From assembly GCA_002269645.1 (NCBI GenBank), contig NIVC01001671.1:1-64000 (forward strand): 64,000 nucleotides of DNA, in the 5' to 3' direction. Origin of the DNA: Macrostomum lignano (Eukaryota). Both the position numbers and the translations under genes were made by a program. Below are positions 53,365 to 64,000 of the stretch, in pieces; position 1 is the first letter of the stretch, and each line of letters starts with the position of its first letter. The notes below the pieces were generated by a model that ran no database searches, was not told the DNA's origin, and saw only the letters and a program-made list of their open reading frames with translations.

Positions 53365-54219
53365 GGCAGTCACAGTTGATACACTGATCGAATTCACATA
53401 TTCACGCTATGCTACTCTGACCCACCCGCCAAGAACGTGTGGACCTACTACCTAGCAACCAAGCTGCGACTGGACCGCGAGCAGACTCCGAAGCTCTGCT
53501 TCCGCATCCTCTGCTCGGACTCCGCCGGTCTGTCTTCCACCGCCCACGGCCACTGCGTCGACATCTCGGACATCAACGACAATCCGCCCATCCTTCTCAG
53601 AGCCATCCAACTCAATGCCATGGAGGAGGATTCGAGCCTGAGACCAATCGGCCGATTAACAGACTTCCTAACCGACGCAGACGAAGGCGTCAACGCCAAG
53701 TTGAACTTCTCGCTTGACGCCGCTGCCACCGAGCCGGAGGCCGGCGCCACCTTCAGCGTGGACGCTGTCAGCGGCTTAGTGACTCCGCTGCGAACGCTCG
53801 ACCGAGAACGACGCTCCGAGTATCTGCTCAAAATTCGAGTCAGCGACAATGGCGAACCGGCGCGTAGCGTTACTGTTGACGTCGCTATCGCCGTGCTGGA
53901 TATCAACGATCATGCTCCTGAGTTCGAATCCTGCTCCTCGATACAGCTGCGACTGTTGGAGAATCGGCCGCCTCCGGCTTTGGTCGGCCGCCTCACAGCT
54001 CGAGACGCTGATTGGAGCAACAATGGCAACGGCAGAGTGCAATATCGGCTGGAGAAGAGCGCCGAGTCCAGCGCCTTCGATATTGATCGACAGACTGGAG
54101 AGATTCGCGCAGTGTGAGCAGTGTCTGCCGCTTGGCTGCTGAAGGCTTGATTGCTCTGATTGATTGGCTGATTGATTGATTGATTGATTCATTGATTCAT
54201 TGATTTATTGATTCATTGG

Positions 54220-54257
<38 letters not shown>

Positions 54258-54364
54258 CATCTGATTGATTGATTCATTGATTGATTGATTGATTGATTCA
54301 TTGATTCATTGGTTGATTGATTGATTCATTGATTCATTGATTCATTGATTCATTGATTCATTGG

Positions 54365-54410
<46 letters not shown>

Positions 54411-54461
54411 CATCTGATTGATTGATTGATTGATTGATTCATCTGATTGATTGATTGATTC

Positions 54462-54492
<31 letters not shown>

Positions 54493-54555
54493 CATCTGAT
54501 TGATTGATTCATTGATTGATTGATTGATTGATTCATCTGATTGATTGATTGATTC

Positions 54556-54586
<31 letters not shown>

Positions 54587-54778
54587 CATCTGATTGATTG
54601 ATTGATTGATTGATTGATTCATCTGATTGATTGATTCATTGATTGATTGATTGATTGATTCATCTGATTGATTGATTGATTCATTGATTCATCTGATTGA
54701 TTGATTGATTGATTGATTCATTGATTGATTGATTGATTCTTCTGATTGATTGATTGATGATTGATTGATTGATTCATC

Positions 54779-54815
<37 letters not shown>

Positions 54816-54816
54816 A

Positions 54817-54883
<67 letters not shown>

Positions 54884-55002
54884 CTTCTGATTGATTGATT
54901 GATGATTGATTGATTGATTCATCTGATTGATTCATCTGATTGATTGATTCATTGATTGATTGATGATTGATTGATTGATTCATCTGATTGATTGATTGAT
55001 TC

Positions 55003-55053
<51 letters not shown>

Positions 55054-55403
55054 CATCTGATTGATTGATTCATTGATTGATTGATTCATCTGATTGATTG
55101 ATTCATTGATTGATTGATTCATCTGATTGATTGATTCATTGATTGATTGATTCATCTGATTGATTGATTCATTGATTGATTGATTGATTGATTCATCTGA
55201 TTGATTGATTGATTCATTGATTGATTGATTGATTGATTCATCTGATTGATTGATTGATTGATTGATTCATCTGATTGATTGATTGATTCATTGATTGATT
55301 GATTGATTCTTCTGATTGATTGATTCATTGATTGATTGATTGATTGATTCATCTGATTGATTGATTGATTGATTGATTCATTGATTGATTGATTCATTGA
55401 TTC

Positions 55404-55434
<31 letters not shown>

Positions 55435-55831
55435 CATTGATTGATTGATTGATTCATCTGATTGATTGATTCATTGATTGATTGATTCATCTGATTGATT
55501 GATTCATTGATTGATTGATTCATCTGATTGATTGATTCATTGATTGATTGATTCATCTGATTGATTGATTCATTGATTGATTGATTGATTGATTCATCTG
55601 ATTGATTGATTGATTCATTGATTGATTGATTGATTGATTCATCTGATTGATTGATTGATTGATTGATTCATCTGATTGATTGATTGATTCATTGATTGAT
55701 TGATTGATTCTTCTGATTGATTGATTGATGATTGATTGATTGATTCTTCTGATTGATTGATTGATGATTGATTGATTGATTCATCTGATTGATTCATCTG
55801 ATTGATTGGTTGATTGATTGATTGATTCATC

Positions 55832-55876
<45 letters not shown>

Positions 55877-55877
55877 A

Positions 55878-55949
<72 letters not shown>

Positions 55950-58900
55950 AATCTGATTGATTGATTGATTTATTTATAAATAATCTATTTGATAAATTGA
56001 TCGGACAGATTATTTGATAGACGCATTAGTTGGTTAGTTAAATGTATTTACAATTATACATCTTGCCATCGCACCCAGAGCGGCCCTGGACCGCGAGCTC
56101 CGATCCCACTATTCCTTTCGCGTCCTGGCGGAGGACCAGCCTCAGCAGCGAGGTCTGCAGCTCACCGGCACCTGTCACGTGACCATCACCGTGGACGACG
56201 TCAACGACAATGCGCCTTCGCTGCGAATTGATCCGCCAGAGTTTCCAGCCGATTTTGTTGTCAATCAACTGGAGCCCGGACACCGGATCGGCCATGTGGT
56301 GGCCGATGACCCGGATGAGGGGATTAACCAGAAGGTTCGGGACACTGAGCTCTGTGTGCTCAGCTGTAAATACCTTAGCTGTAAACTGAAAATCACAGAG
56401 ATCCCAGACCAGGATCCTATAGATACTAATCCTTTAGATCCCAATCTCAGATCCCAACCCCTCAGATCCCTACCCCACAGATCCCAATCTCACAGATCCC
56501 TACCCCACAGATCCCTATCTCACAGATCCCAATCTCACAGATTCCAATCTCACAGATTCCAATCTCACAGCTCCCTACCCCACAGATCCCTACCCCACAG
56601 ATCCCAATCTCACAGATCCCTACCCCACAGATCCCAATCCCACAGATCCCAATCTCACAGATTCCAATCCCACAGATCCCTATCTCACAGATCCCAATCC
56701 CACAGATCCCAATCCCACAGATCCCAATCTCACAGCTCCCAACCCCACAGATCCCAATCCCACAGATCCCAATCTCACAGCTCCCAACCCCACAGATCCC
56801 AATCCCACAGATCCCAATCTCACAGCTCCCAACCCCACAGATCCCAATCCCACAGATCCCAATCTCACAGATCCCTACCTCACAGATCCCAATCCCACAG
56901 ATCCCAATCCCACAGATCCCAATCTCACAGATCCCAATCCCACAGATCCCAATCTCAGATTCCAATAACACAGCTCCCAATCTAACGGATCCTAATCCCA
57001 TTGATATCAATCTCACAGATCCCAATGCTCACGGATCCCAATCTCACAGATCCCAATCTCATAGATCCCAACCCCACAGATCCCAATCTCACAGATCCCA
57101 ATCTCACAGATCCCAATCTCACAGATCCCAACCCCACAGATCCCAATGCTCACAGATCCCAATCTCATAGATCCCAATGCTCACAGATCCCAATCCAATT
57201 GATCCCAAATCCCAACCCCGCAGAACCCATGATTTATAATATCCAAGTTTCTAAATTCCCAAGTCGCTAAGAAAAAATTAAATCCGTGCCATTTTTATCT
57301 CATCTCTCCTTCTCCACCTCCCTCTCGCAGGTGGTGTACGAGCTCTTGAACAGCTCAGACCAGCGGTTCAGCGTTCACTCGGACACGGGCAGCATCCTGG
57401 TCAGCCAGCCTCTGCACAACATCCGACAACAATTACCTGGCCAATCCACTCACAGCATCAAATTGCCTCTCAGGATTCGAGCCTGCGACCTAGGCCAGCC
57501 CCGTATGTGCTCTCAACCGGTTGAATATCGAGCGGAGATCCCGGCCCAGACTGCGGCAGACGCTGCCTTCAGAGGAGGCGACTCCAGCTTGACAAATGGC
57601 CGATCGCCGCACAATGTCAATAACTACGGGAATGGGTCGCTGTTGGGGTTCAGCAACGAGTCCGTCATCATCTGCCTGGTGGTGACATTGCTGCTGCTGG
57701 TTGCAGCTTGTTTTGCTATCGTCTGCCTCATTGTCCGGCGAAGGGCCTCGGCCGCTGCATTGAATAGCAGGACAGCGGCTGCTGCTGGAGCAGCTGGTGC
57801 CGCCTGCGGAACTGGCACCCTCCAAGCTGGGAGGCTGGCGACTGAAGTCGGTGAGGAGCTGAAAACAGTATTAAATCTTACATATCCCAATCCCACAGAT
57901 TCTAATCTCACAGATCCCAATCTCACAGATCCCAATCCCACAGATCCCACAGATCCCGATCCCACAGATACCAACCCCACAGATCCCAATCCCACAGATC
58001 CCAATCTCACAGATCCCAACCCTACAGATCCCAACCCCACAGATCCCAATCCCACAGATCCCAATCTCACAGATCCCAATCTCACAGATCCCAATCTCAT
58101 AGATCCCAATCCTACAGATCTAATCTCACAGATCCCAACCCCACAGATCCCAATCTCACAGATCCCAATCTCACAGATCCCAATCTCACAGATCCCAATC
58201 TCATAGATCCCAATCTCACAGATCCCAATCCCACAGATCTCAATCTCACAGATCCCAATCCCATAGATCCCAATCTCACAGATCCCAAATCCTACAGATC
58301 CCAAATCCCTCAGATCCCAATCTCACTCACAGATCCCAATCTCATTGATCCAAATAAAGAATAAATAGAAAGGATTTAATTTTGTAAAAAATCCCAACAA
58401 ACAATGCTCAACTTCAGATCCCGACAGTGTGCACGCAAAGATGATTGACCAGCAAAGTCCTTATTACTGCCCGCCAACTTATAAGACAAACTTCAACGTT
58501 GAGGTAAATTTTATTTTATTAATTCTGTAGATAGTAAACTTAATAAATCAAGGTAAAGTTAAATGAAGGGTATGAGTCTGGGAAAAACTGAAGCGACAGG
58601 GGATATAAACTGTAAGTAGCGGGGGTAACCCTTGAGTACTTTTTGTTCATCCTGATTAAAGTCTTGACCGCTCGAGCGGACTCAGAACCCACTGCTGCAT
58701 ACAGAGGGGACTGGCTATCTTTTTTGTTATAACTAATTTGTTGCCCAGTAGATAAATGACGCATCCCTAGGACTGATTTTATTGGGGACGCCGGGGTGAT
58801 ACGAGAGAGTATTAATTTTGTGTCGGATCCTCTCGCCTGACGAATATTTATACTCGTAGTCCCTTGTGTATAGATTTTATAAGCTTCATATTTTTTATAC

Positions 58901-61838
58901 TTTAGTTGGTATATTTTTTCGTATGGATTGGATATGACTGATTTTTTTAAACTGGTTATTATTAATGAGTGTTTGAGTTGGGGCAGGTCTAGCTTTAGGT
59001 TGGAGCAAGTATGCAAGTTCGAAATCAGTTCTTTGTGTCTACTGCAAAGGAGAAAGAAATGGAGCTTTGAGCATCAATGATTAGTGATGTAGATAAAGGG
59101 GAGGATGGTGATAGTTGTAGGAAAAAATGGTTGCTAAATGGGAAACGAATATTGTAGGTTTGCGATCAACATAAAAGAAAGTTGAGGGGGGTGAGATGAG
59201 GTTGCCGGTGTTGAGTGTGTAATTAAGGGGAGTAGAATGATAAAAGGGAAGGGAGAATGGAGAGGAGAGAGGAAAAGGGGGGGGAGAGGGAGAGAAGAAG
59301 AGGTGAAGAGGGGAGGGAGAGGAGAGAGGAGGAGAGGGGAGAGGTAGAGAGGGGGATAGGGAGCGGGAGAGGAGGGAGAGAAAAGAGGGAGAGGAGGGAG
59401 AGAAAAGAGGGAGAGGAGGGAGAGAAAAGAGGGAGAGGAAGGAGAGAAAAGAGGGAGAGGAAGGAGAGAAAAGAGGGAGAGGGATGGAGAGGAGAGAGGA
59501 AAAGGGGGGGGAGAGGGAGAGAAGAAAAGGGGGGGGAGAGGGAGAGAAGAAGAGGTGAAGAGGGGAGGGAGAGGAGAGAGGAGGAGAGGGGAGAGGTAGA
59601 GAGGGGGATAGGGAGCGGGAGAGGAGGGAGAGAAAAGAGGGAGAGGAGGGAGAGAAGAGAGGGAGAGAAAAGAGGGAGAGGAGGGAGAGAAAAGAGGGAG
59701 AGGAAGGAGAGAAAAGAGGGAGAGGAAGGAGAGAAAAGAGGGAGAGGAAGGAGAGAAAAGAGGGAGAGGGATGGAGAGGAGAGAGGAAAAGGGGGGGGAG
59801 AGGGAGAGAAGAAGAGGTGAAGAGGGGAGGGAGAGGAGAGAGGAGGAGAGGGGAGAGGTAGAGAGGGGGATAGGGAGCGGGAGAGGAGGGAGAGAAAAGA
59901 GGGAGAGGAGGGAGAGAAGAGAGGGAGAGAAAAGAGGGAGAGGAGGGAGAGAAAAGAGGGAGAGGAGGGAGAGAAAAGAGGGAAAGAAGAGAGCAAGAGG
60001 AGGCAAGGCAGAGAGGAGAGGGAGAAGAGGGAGAGAAAAGAGGGAGAGGAGAGAGAGAAAAGAGGGAAAGAAGAGAGCAAGAGGAGGCAAGGCAGAGAGG
60101 AGAGGGAGAGAAGATAGACAGCGCAGTCGGGAAGTACAAATCAGATAGAATTCACTAAAAGAGATCCCTAATCCAAATCCCCAATTAAAACTTGGCCAGC
60201 TAAATCGCATTAGAACCTGCCACAGTTTGTCATGAAAAATAATATTGTAACACAATTTGTAACACAGGATGATTACGGAGCCTACAGCAGCGCTCAGCAG
60301 TTGCAGCACCAGCAGCAGATGCTTCAGCTTAACAAACTCAAACACGCGACCGTCACTCGGGATCGGCTGTACTCTTCAGCTAGTCTGAGTCTGGGTGAGT
60401 GACACCTGTTATTGCTGCTCAGGATTGTTCCTGAGATCCCAATTAAGTGTTGAGTAAATCCCAATTCAGCGTTGAGTAGATCCCGATTCAGCGTTGAGTA
60501 GATCCCGATTCAGTGTTAAGTAGATCCCGATTCAATGTTGAGTAGATCCCGATTCAGTGCTGAGTAGATCCCAATTCAGTGCTGAGTAGATCCCGATTCA
60601 GTGCTGAGTAGATCCCGATTCAATGTTGAGTAGATCCTGATTCAGTGCTGAGTAGATCCCGATTCAATGTTGAGTAGATCCTGATTCAGTGCTGATTAGA
60701 TCCCGATTCAGTGCTGAGTAGATCCCAATTAAGTGTTGAGTAAATCCCAATTCAGTGTTGAGTAGATCCCGATTCAGTGCTGAGTAGATCCCGATTCAGT
60801 GCTGAGTAGATCCCAATTAAGTGTTGAGTAGATCCCGATTCAGTGCTGAGTAGATCCCGATTCAGTGCTGAGTAGATCCCGATTCAGTGCTGAGTAGATC
60901 CCGATTCAGTGCTGAGTAGATCCCGATTCAATGCTGAGTAGATCCCGATTCAGTGTTGAGTAGATCCCGATTCAGTGCTGAGTAGATCCCGATTCAGTGC
61001 TGAGTAGATCCCGATTCAGTGCTGAGTAGATCCCGATTCAGTGCTGAGTAGATCCCGATTCAGTGCTGAATAGATCCCGATTCAGTGTTGAGTAGATCCC
61101 GATTCAGTGCTGAGTAGATCCCGATTCAGTGCTGAGTAGATCCCGATTCAGTGTTGAGTAGATCCCGATTCAGTGTTAAGTAGATCCCGATTCAGTGTTG
61201 AGTAGATCCCGATTCAGTGCTGAGTAGATCCCGATTCAGTGTTGAGTAGATCCCGATTCAGTGCTGAGTAGATCTCAAATCAAATCTGGGTAGATCCCAA
61301 TTCAGTTTTGAGTAGATCCCGATTCAGTTGAGTAGATCTCAAATCAAATCTGAGTAGATCCCGATTCAGTTTTGAGTAGATCCCGATTCAGTGCTGAGTA
61401 GATCTCAAATCAAATCTGGGTGGATCCCGATCATTTCACCTTCCAGGCGGTGCCACTGACTCGGAGCTTCCCCGCCAGTCAACTGTCGCTGTTTCGTCCC
61501 GCCGTCAGCCGCTGTCTCAGCACTACCAGACTCTGGACTCTTCATCGCAACAGCAGCATCAGCCCAGCCAAGGCCAGAAAAAGCAGACTCTGCAACAGCA
61601 GCAACAGCCAATGTCGCATCGTTATTACGAAATCGAGGGCCGCGGCGGTGTCGGCGGAAATCGCGCCGTCTTATCGACACCCCAGCCGCGCCGGCAGAGC
61701 CACACTCTGCCCCGAGGCGGGTTCAGTGTCGACGGAAAATCCGCGGGATTTCCATTGCAGCAGACGCAGCAACAGCAGTTGCACGCGATGCAGCAGAGAG
61801 CTCCATTTAGTCCGTACACTGAAGCCAGCTTTGTTTAA
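45420..61838 (+). CDS. Protocadherin, delta1-like (signal peptide, 7 EC repeats, TM, cytoplasmic tail ending -SFV); exons 45420-45718, 48987-49242, 50424-50846, 52315-52635, 53434-54113, 56079-56334, 57331-57850, 58418-58503, 60268-60394, 61447-61838; 1119 aa
   Basis: Signal MKLCCLFLTALGFLACLKVSSA. EC1 INEELPVNSEFGNV..VDREQLCDKIPLC|SIKFNV..ILDINDCTPKF (no prodomain; the DREQLC..C motif is typical of protocadherins). Further DRE / DxNDNxP / AxDxD motifs define seven ECs. TM VIICLVVTLLLLVAACFAIVCLIV. All nine introns are GT-AG with consistent phases (2,0,0,0,2,0,1,0,1); 3360 nt. Confidence 0.92.
45930..46495. repeat. ~29-bp minisatellite (CCAAGAATCGGCCTTCAAAAATCCTCATT)n in protocadherin intron 1
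   Basis: Tandem copies visible. Confidence 0.9.
47335..48925. repeat. 16-bp minisatellite (ACAAACTAGACAATTC)n in protocadherin intron 1
   Basis: About 1.6 kb of tandem copies ending about 60 bp before the exon 2 acceptor. Confidence 0.96.
49290..50380 (+). repeat. 28-bp minisatellite family, array 3 (with 32-bp CATC-insertion variants), protocadherin intron 2
   Basis: Same unit as 4628-5325 and 6157-6452. Confidence 0.95.
50895..52215. repeat. 22-bp minisatellite (CTGATTTGACTGTTCTAGAGCG)n, protocadherin intron 3
   Basis: Highly homogeneous tandem copies. Confidence 0.97.
52643..53370. repeat. (GATT)n then (GACA)n microsatellites, protocadherin intron 4
   Basis: Visible; begins within 10 nt of the donor GTAAGT. 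Confidence 0.96.
54145..55975. repeat. (GATT)n microsatellite with CATCT/CATT variants, protocadherin intron 5
   Basis: Visible; source of the NQSI ORFs. Confidence 0.97.
56430..57225. repeat. 15-bp minisatellite (CACAGATCCCAATCT)n, protocadherin intron 6
   Basis: Tandem copies visible. Confidence 0.95.
57885..58345. repeat. 15-bp minisatellite (CACAGATCCCAATCT)n, protocadherin intron 7
   Basis: Same unit and orientation as in intron 6. Confidence 0.95.
59255..60118. repeat. Pure polypurine (GA-rich) repeat, protocadherin intron 8
   Basis: AGAGAAAAGAGGGAGAGGAGGG-type units with larger block duplications. Confidence 0.93.
60445..61420. repeat. 22-bp minisatellite (GTAGATCCCGATTCAGTGCTGA)n, protocadherin intron 9
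   Basis: Tandem copies visible. Confidence 0.96.
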
Positions 61839-62296
61839 TGAAAAAATCAATTCCATAAAACACACAAACTACACTACTTACATTTCAGTTAAGTAGAGTA
61901 GTAAGAATAAAAGCTTATAAACAGCGATTTTGCATAAAAATGACAAACATTTGCTTATTTGTATTTTTCAATTTTCTGTACATTCTTTTCTTCAACAAAT
62001 CGCTCAATTTTTGTTGAACTTATTCGAATCACAATATTCATCGCGCGCCATAGAAGGTGCTCTGTGTACTTTTTGTCATACGTTGCTGCAAAGTAAAAAT
62101 TGTTTAAAACGATTATTTAAAAATTACATATTTATTCTGTATATACCCTATCTGCACTATAAATACAACATATTCAATAAACTACATATTTTATCTCTTA
62201 ATTAAAGCATTATGAAAATTTGTTGACTTTTCTGATTTTAGTTACATGTGTAATGTACATCGAAACCAACAAGTCAAGAGTTGATTGATGCATTAC

Positions 62297-62578
62297 ACCT
62301 GCCCAATTGGGCCAAATGTGCAACCGACAGCTCAGCCGCAGCTATTGCACGGCGCATCTGAAGGCTGCGTACGGCTGTTCAGTCCAAGGACTGGGGGGGG
62401 GGGGTTGCCACACACCCTTAATCACCCCAGCTAATGCTGGCACCCATTTTACAGATGGGTGAACTGAAGCCCATGCAGAGTTAAGTGTCTTGCTCAAGGA
62501 CACAAATTGCATGTTCCAGTGAGATCGGGAATCAAGCCTCCGACTTTCAAGTCGTGCAAGTCCGACGCTCTAACCCCC
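62297..62578 (-). mobile_element. tRNA-derived CORE-like SINE, copy 2
   Basis: Reverse complement: GGGGTTAGAGCGTCGGACTTGCACGACTTGAAAGTCGGAGGCTTGATTCCC..TTTGTGTCCTTGAGCAAGACACTTAACTCTGCAT..CTTCAGTTCACCCATCTGTAAAATGGGTGCCAGCATTAGCTGGGG..CAGTCCTTGGACTGAACAGCCGTACGCAGCCTTCAGATGCGCC; collinear with copy 1. Confidence 0.8.
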
Positions 62579-63038
62579 TTTGAACAAATAAGGTTTTCAT
62601 ATTATTGACATACATGTATATATATATCCGTATATTCATGCACATGTATGAAAACGGGGGTGCAAATTTCCAGTATGGATTTTATTGTGGGAGGCCGGGG
62701 GCCAAAGCCGAGAATTCTACATGTACATAACCAATTATTTCCTATATTATTTTGGGAATCGCGGTGTTGATCATTTTGGCGCCGCAGACACTCATTTTGG
62801 CTACAATGGTAAAACTGCAAAACTATTTAATTGACTGCATGCTGAGCAAAACTTAACGTTATAACAATTTTAATCATGCATAATTAATTGGCTTACGATT
62901 TGGAAGCTTTTACCATAGACAACTTGCTGATTGAATATCAGGGGAAAATGATGAGGAAGAAGTCGGTGAATGCAGTGCATGCGAGGCAGAGCCAACCCTC
63001 AAGGCAACAGTGAAGTGTACATGCCAAACCATAATACA

Positions 63039-63157
63039 GTTAGGGCCGCTGTACACTCCTGTGTGAGTGTGTGCCTGTGCGTATGACTGCGTACGTATCC
63101 GCGCGCTTGTGCCTGCTCAGGGGAGTCGGCTGAATGGACAGCAGTGCCTCTCGCCGG
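63039..63157 (+). mobile_element. Dispersed ~120-bp repeat (probable SINE 3' tail fragment)
   Basis: Matches the reverse complement of 7950-8072. Confidence 0.7.
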
Positions 63158-64000
63158 TTGTGTGACAATGTGACAATAACAGGTGACAAAACTACATGGT
63201 AAAAAACTGCAATTTAAATTAAACTGTCTGCAAGGACTAAAAAAAGCTTGAAACTGGAGAGATAGAAGCAACAAAAAATTGCTTGTCCACATTAAACGGA
63301 TGTGGACAAGCCTTCACATTTTTCCGTTTGTTTATTTTTAGAGTTTTCAATGAAAATTTCACAAACCGATTTGGACGGCTGTGGCTTACGTAAAAATTCA
63401 TGTGTGGAACCCATCAAAGCCGGACAAAGCGCCTACCCGCGTGCTTGTCAAATGTTTTCAGTGGGGGAATATTACTGGGATTCAATGTTTATTTTTCAAA
63501 GTTGATTCTGCGGCTTCTTGCCGAAACGCATCTGAGCTCTGTTGTTACGTTTTGGTTTCCTTCGTGTTCGAGGGCTGGCTGAAATCGTCAACACCCGGCC
63601 GGTTTTCATGTCCTGTCACGGGATCTGTAGCTGGCCTGACAGTTAGTTAAATATAGTTTAGAAGATTGACGTGAATGTAAATTATGCACAGAAAATAACT
63701 AAAGAGGGTTTGCTGGTACATGTACATTTTAACATTCCTTGAATTTATATATCATTTTAATTTTGAAGTGGTTCCTTGCATTGGTGTGTATCTATAGATC
63801 TAACATACGCTTTCTTGAGGCCTATAAATCCAAACGTTGATCACGTGTTAGAATTTGTTAAAATGGTTGACCTTTGAATCACGCCGTTGATAGCATGAGA
63901 GAATTTCAAGTACATCCAAGCGTGTTACGTAGAAATCACGCGTATGTGGTGTCAATTAAATGTGTGCCGCACAGTGTAGGCTGGTGACCTTGAAATCACG

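Noticed and set aside
56335-58206. Read-through extensions of protocadherin exons 6 and 7 into SQSHR / TDPNL repeats as alternative C-termini
   Set aside because: Explained by a 15-bp unit (a multiple of 3). Good splice sites link the exons in phase, and nothing in the sequence supports intron retention.
63825-64000. Recurring GACCTT(T)GAAATCACG words at the window end
   Set aside because: Only two or three loose copies are visible; cannot be defined without downstream sequence.

Overview
This is animal genomic DNA, not prokaryotic. GC-rich spliced exons are separated by introns filled with tandem repeats. The style suggests a lophotrochozoan, possibly the flatworm Macrostomum; this is an inference and was not verified. 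I reconstructed five GT-AG intron-containing genes by hand, with consistent splice phases. (1) A 5'-partial type I membrane protein with two C-type lectin domains, a kringle, a TM and an FxNPxY tail (+, <1-2831, two apparent 1-nt frameshifts). (2) A Vav Rho/Rac GEF, CH-Ac-DH-PH-C1-SH2-SH3 (+, 8292/8397-15727). (3) An unrecognised ~501-aa gene (-, 24723-21017). (4) A BNIP3/NIX mitophagy-receptor orthologue not visible in the ORF track (+, 26349-30367). (5) A 7-EC delta1-type protocadherin in 10 exons (+, 45420-61838). Almost all long ORFs in the supplied track are artefacts of minisatellites. The non-coding DNA holds about 25 tandem arrays, with nearly every large intron carrying one and several sharing a GAATC or GGGTGAGAT core. 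It also holds two inverted copies of a tRNA-headed CORE-like SINE plus probable 3'-tail fragments, a second short dispersed repeat, a ~700-bp foldback element, and a 273-bp unit repeated 5.3 times inside a (GATA)n microsatellite. I found no CRISPR, rRNA or intact tRNA, and no demonstrably new biological system. The best leads are the repeat and mobile-element architecture, the orphan gene and the unusual lectin-kringle receptor.
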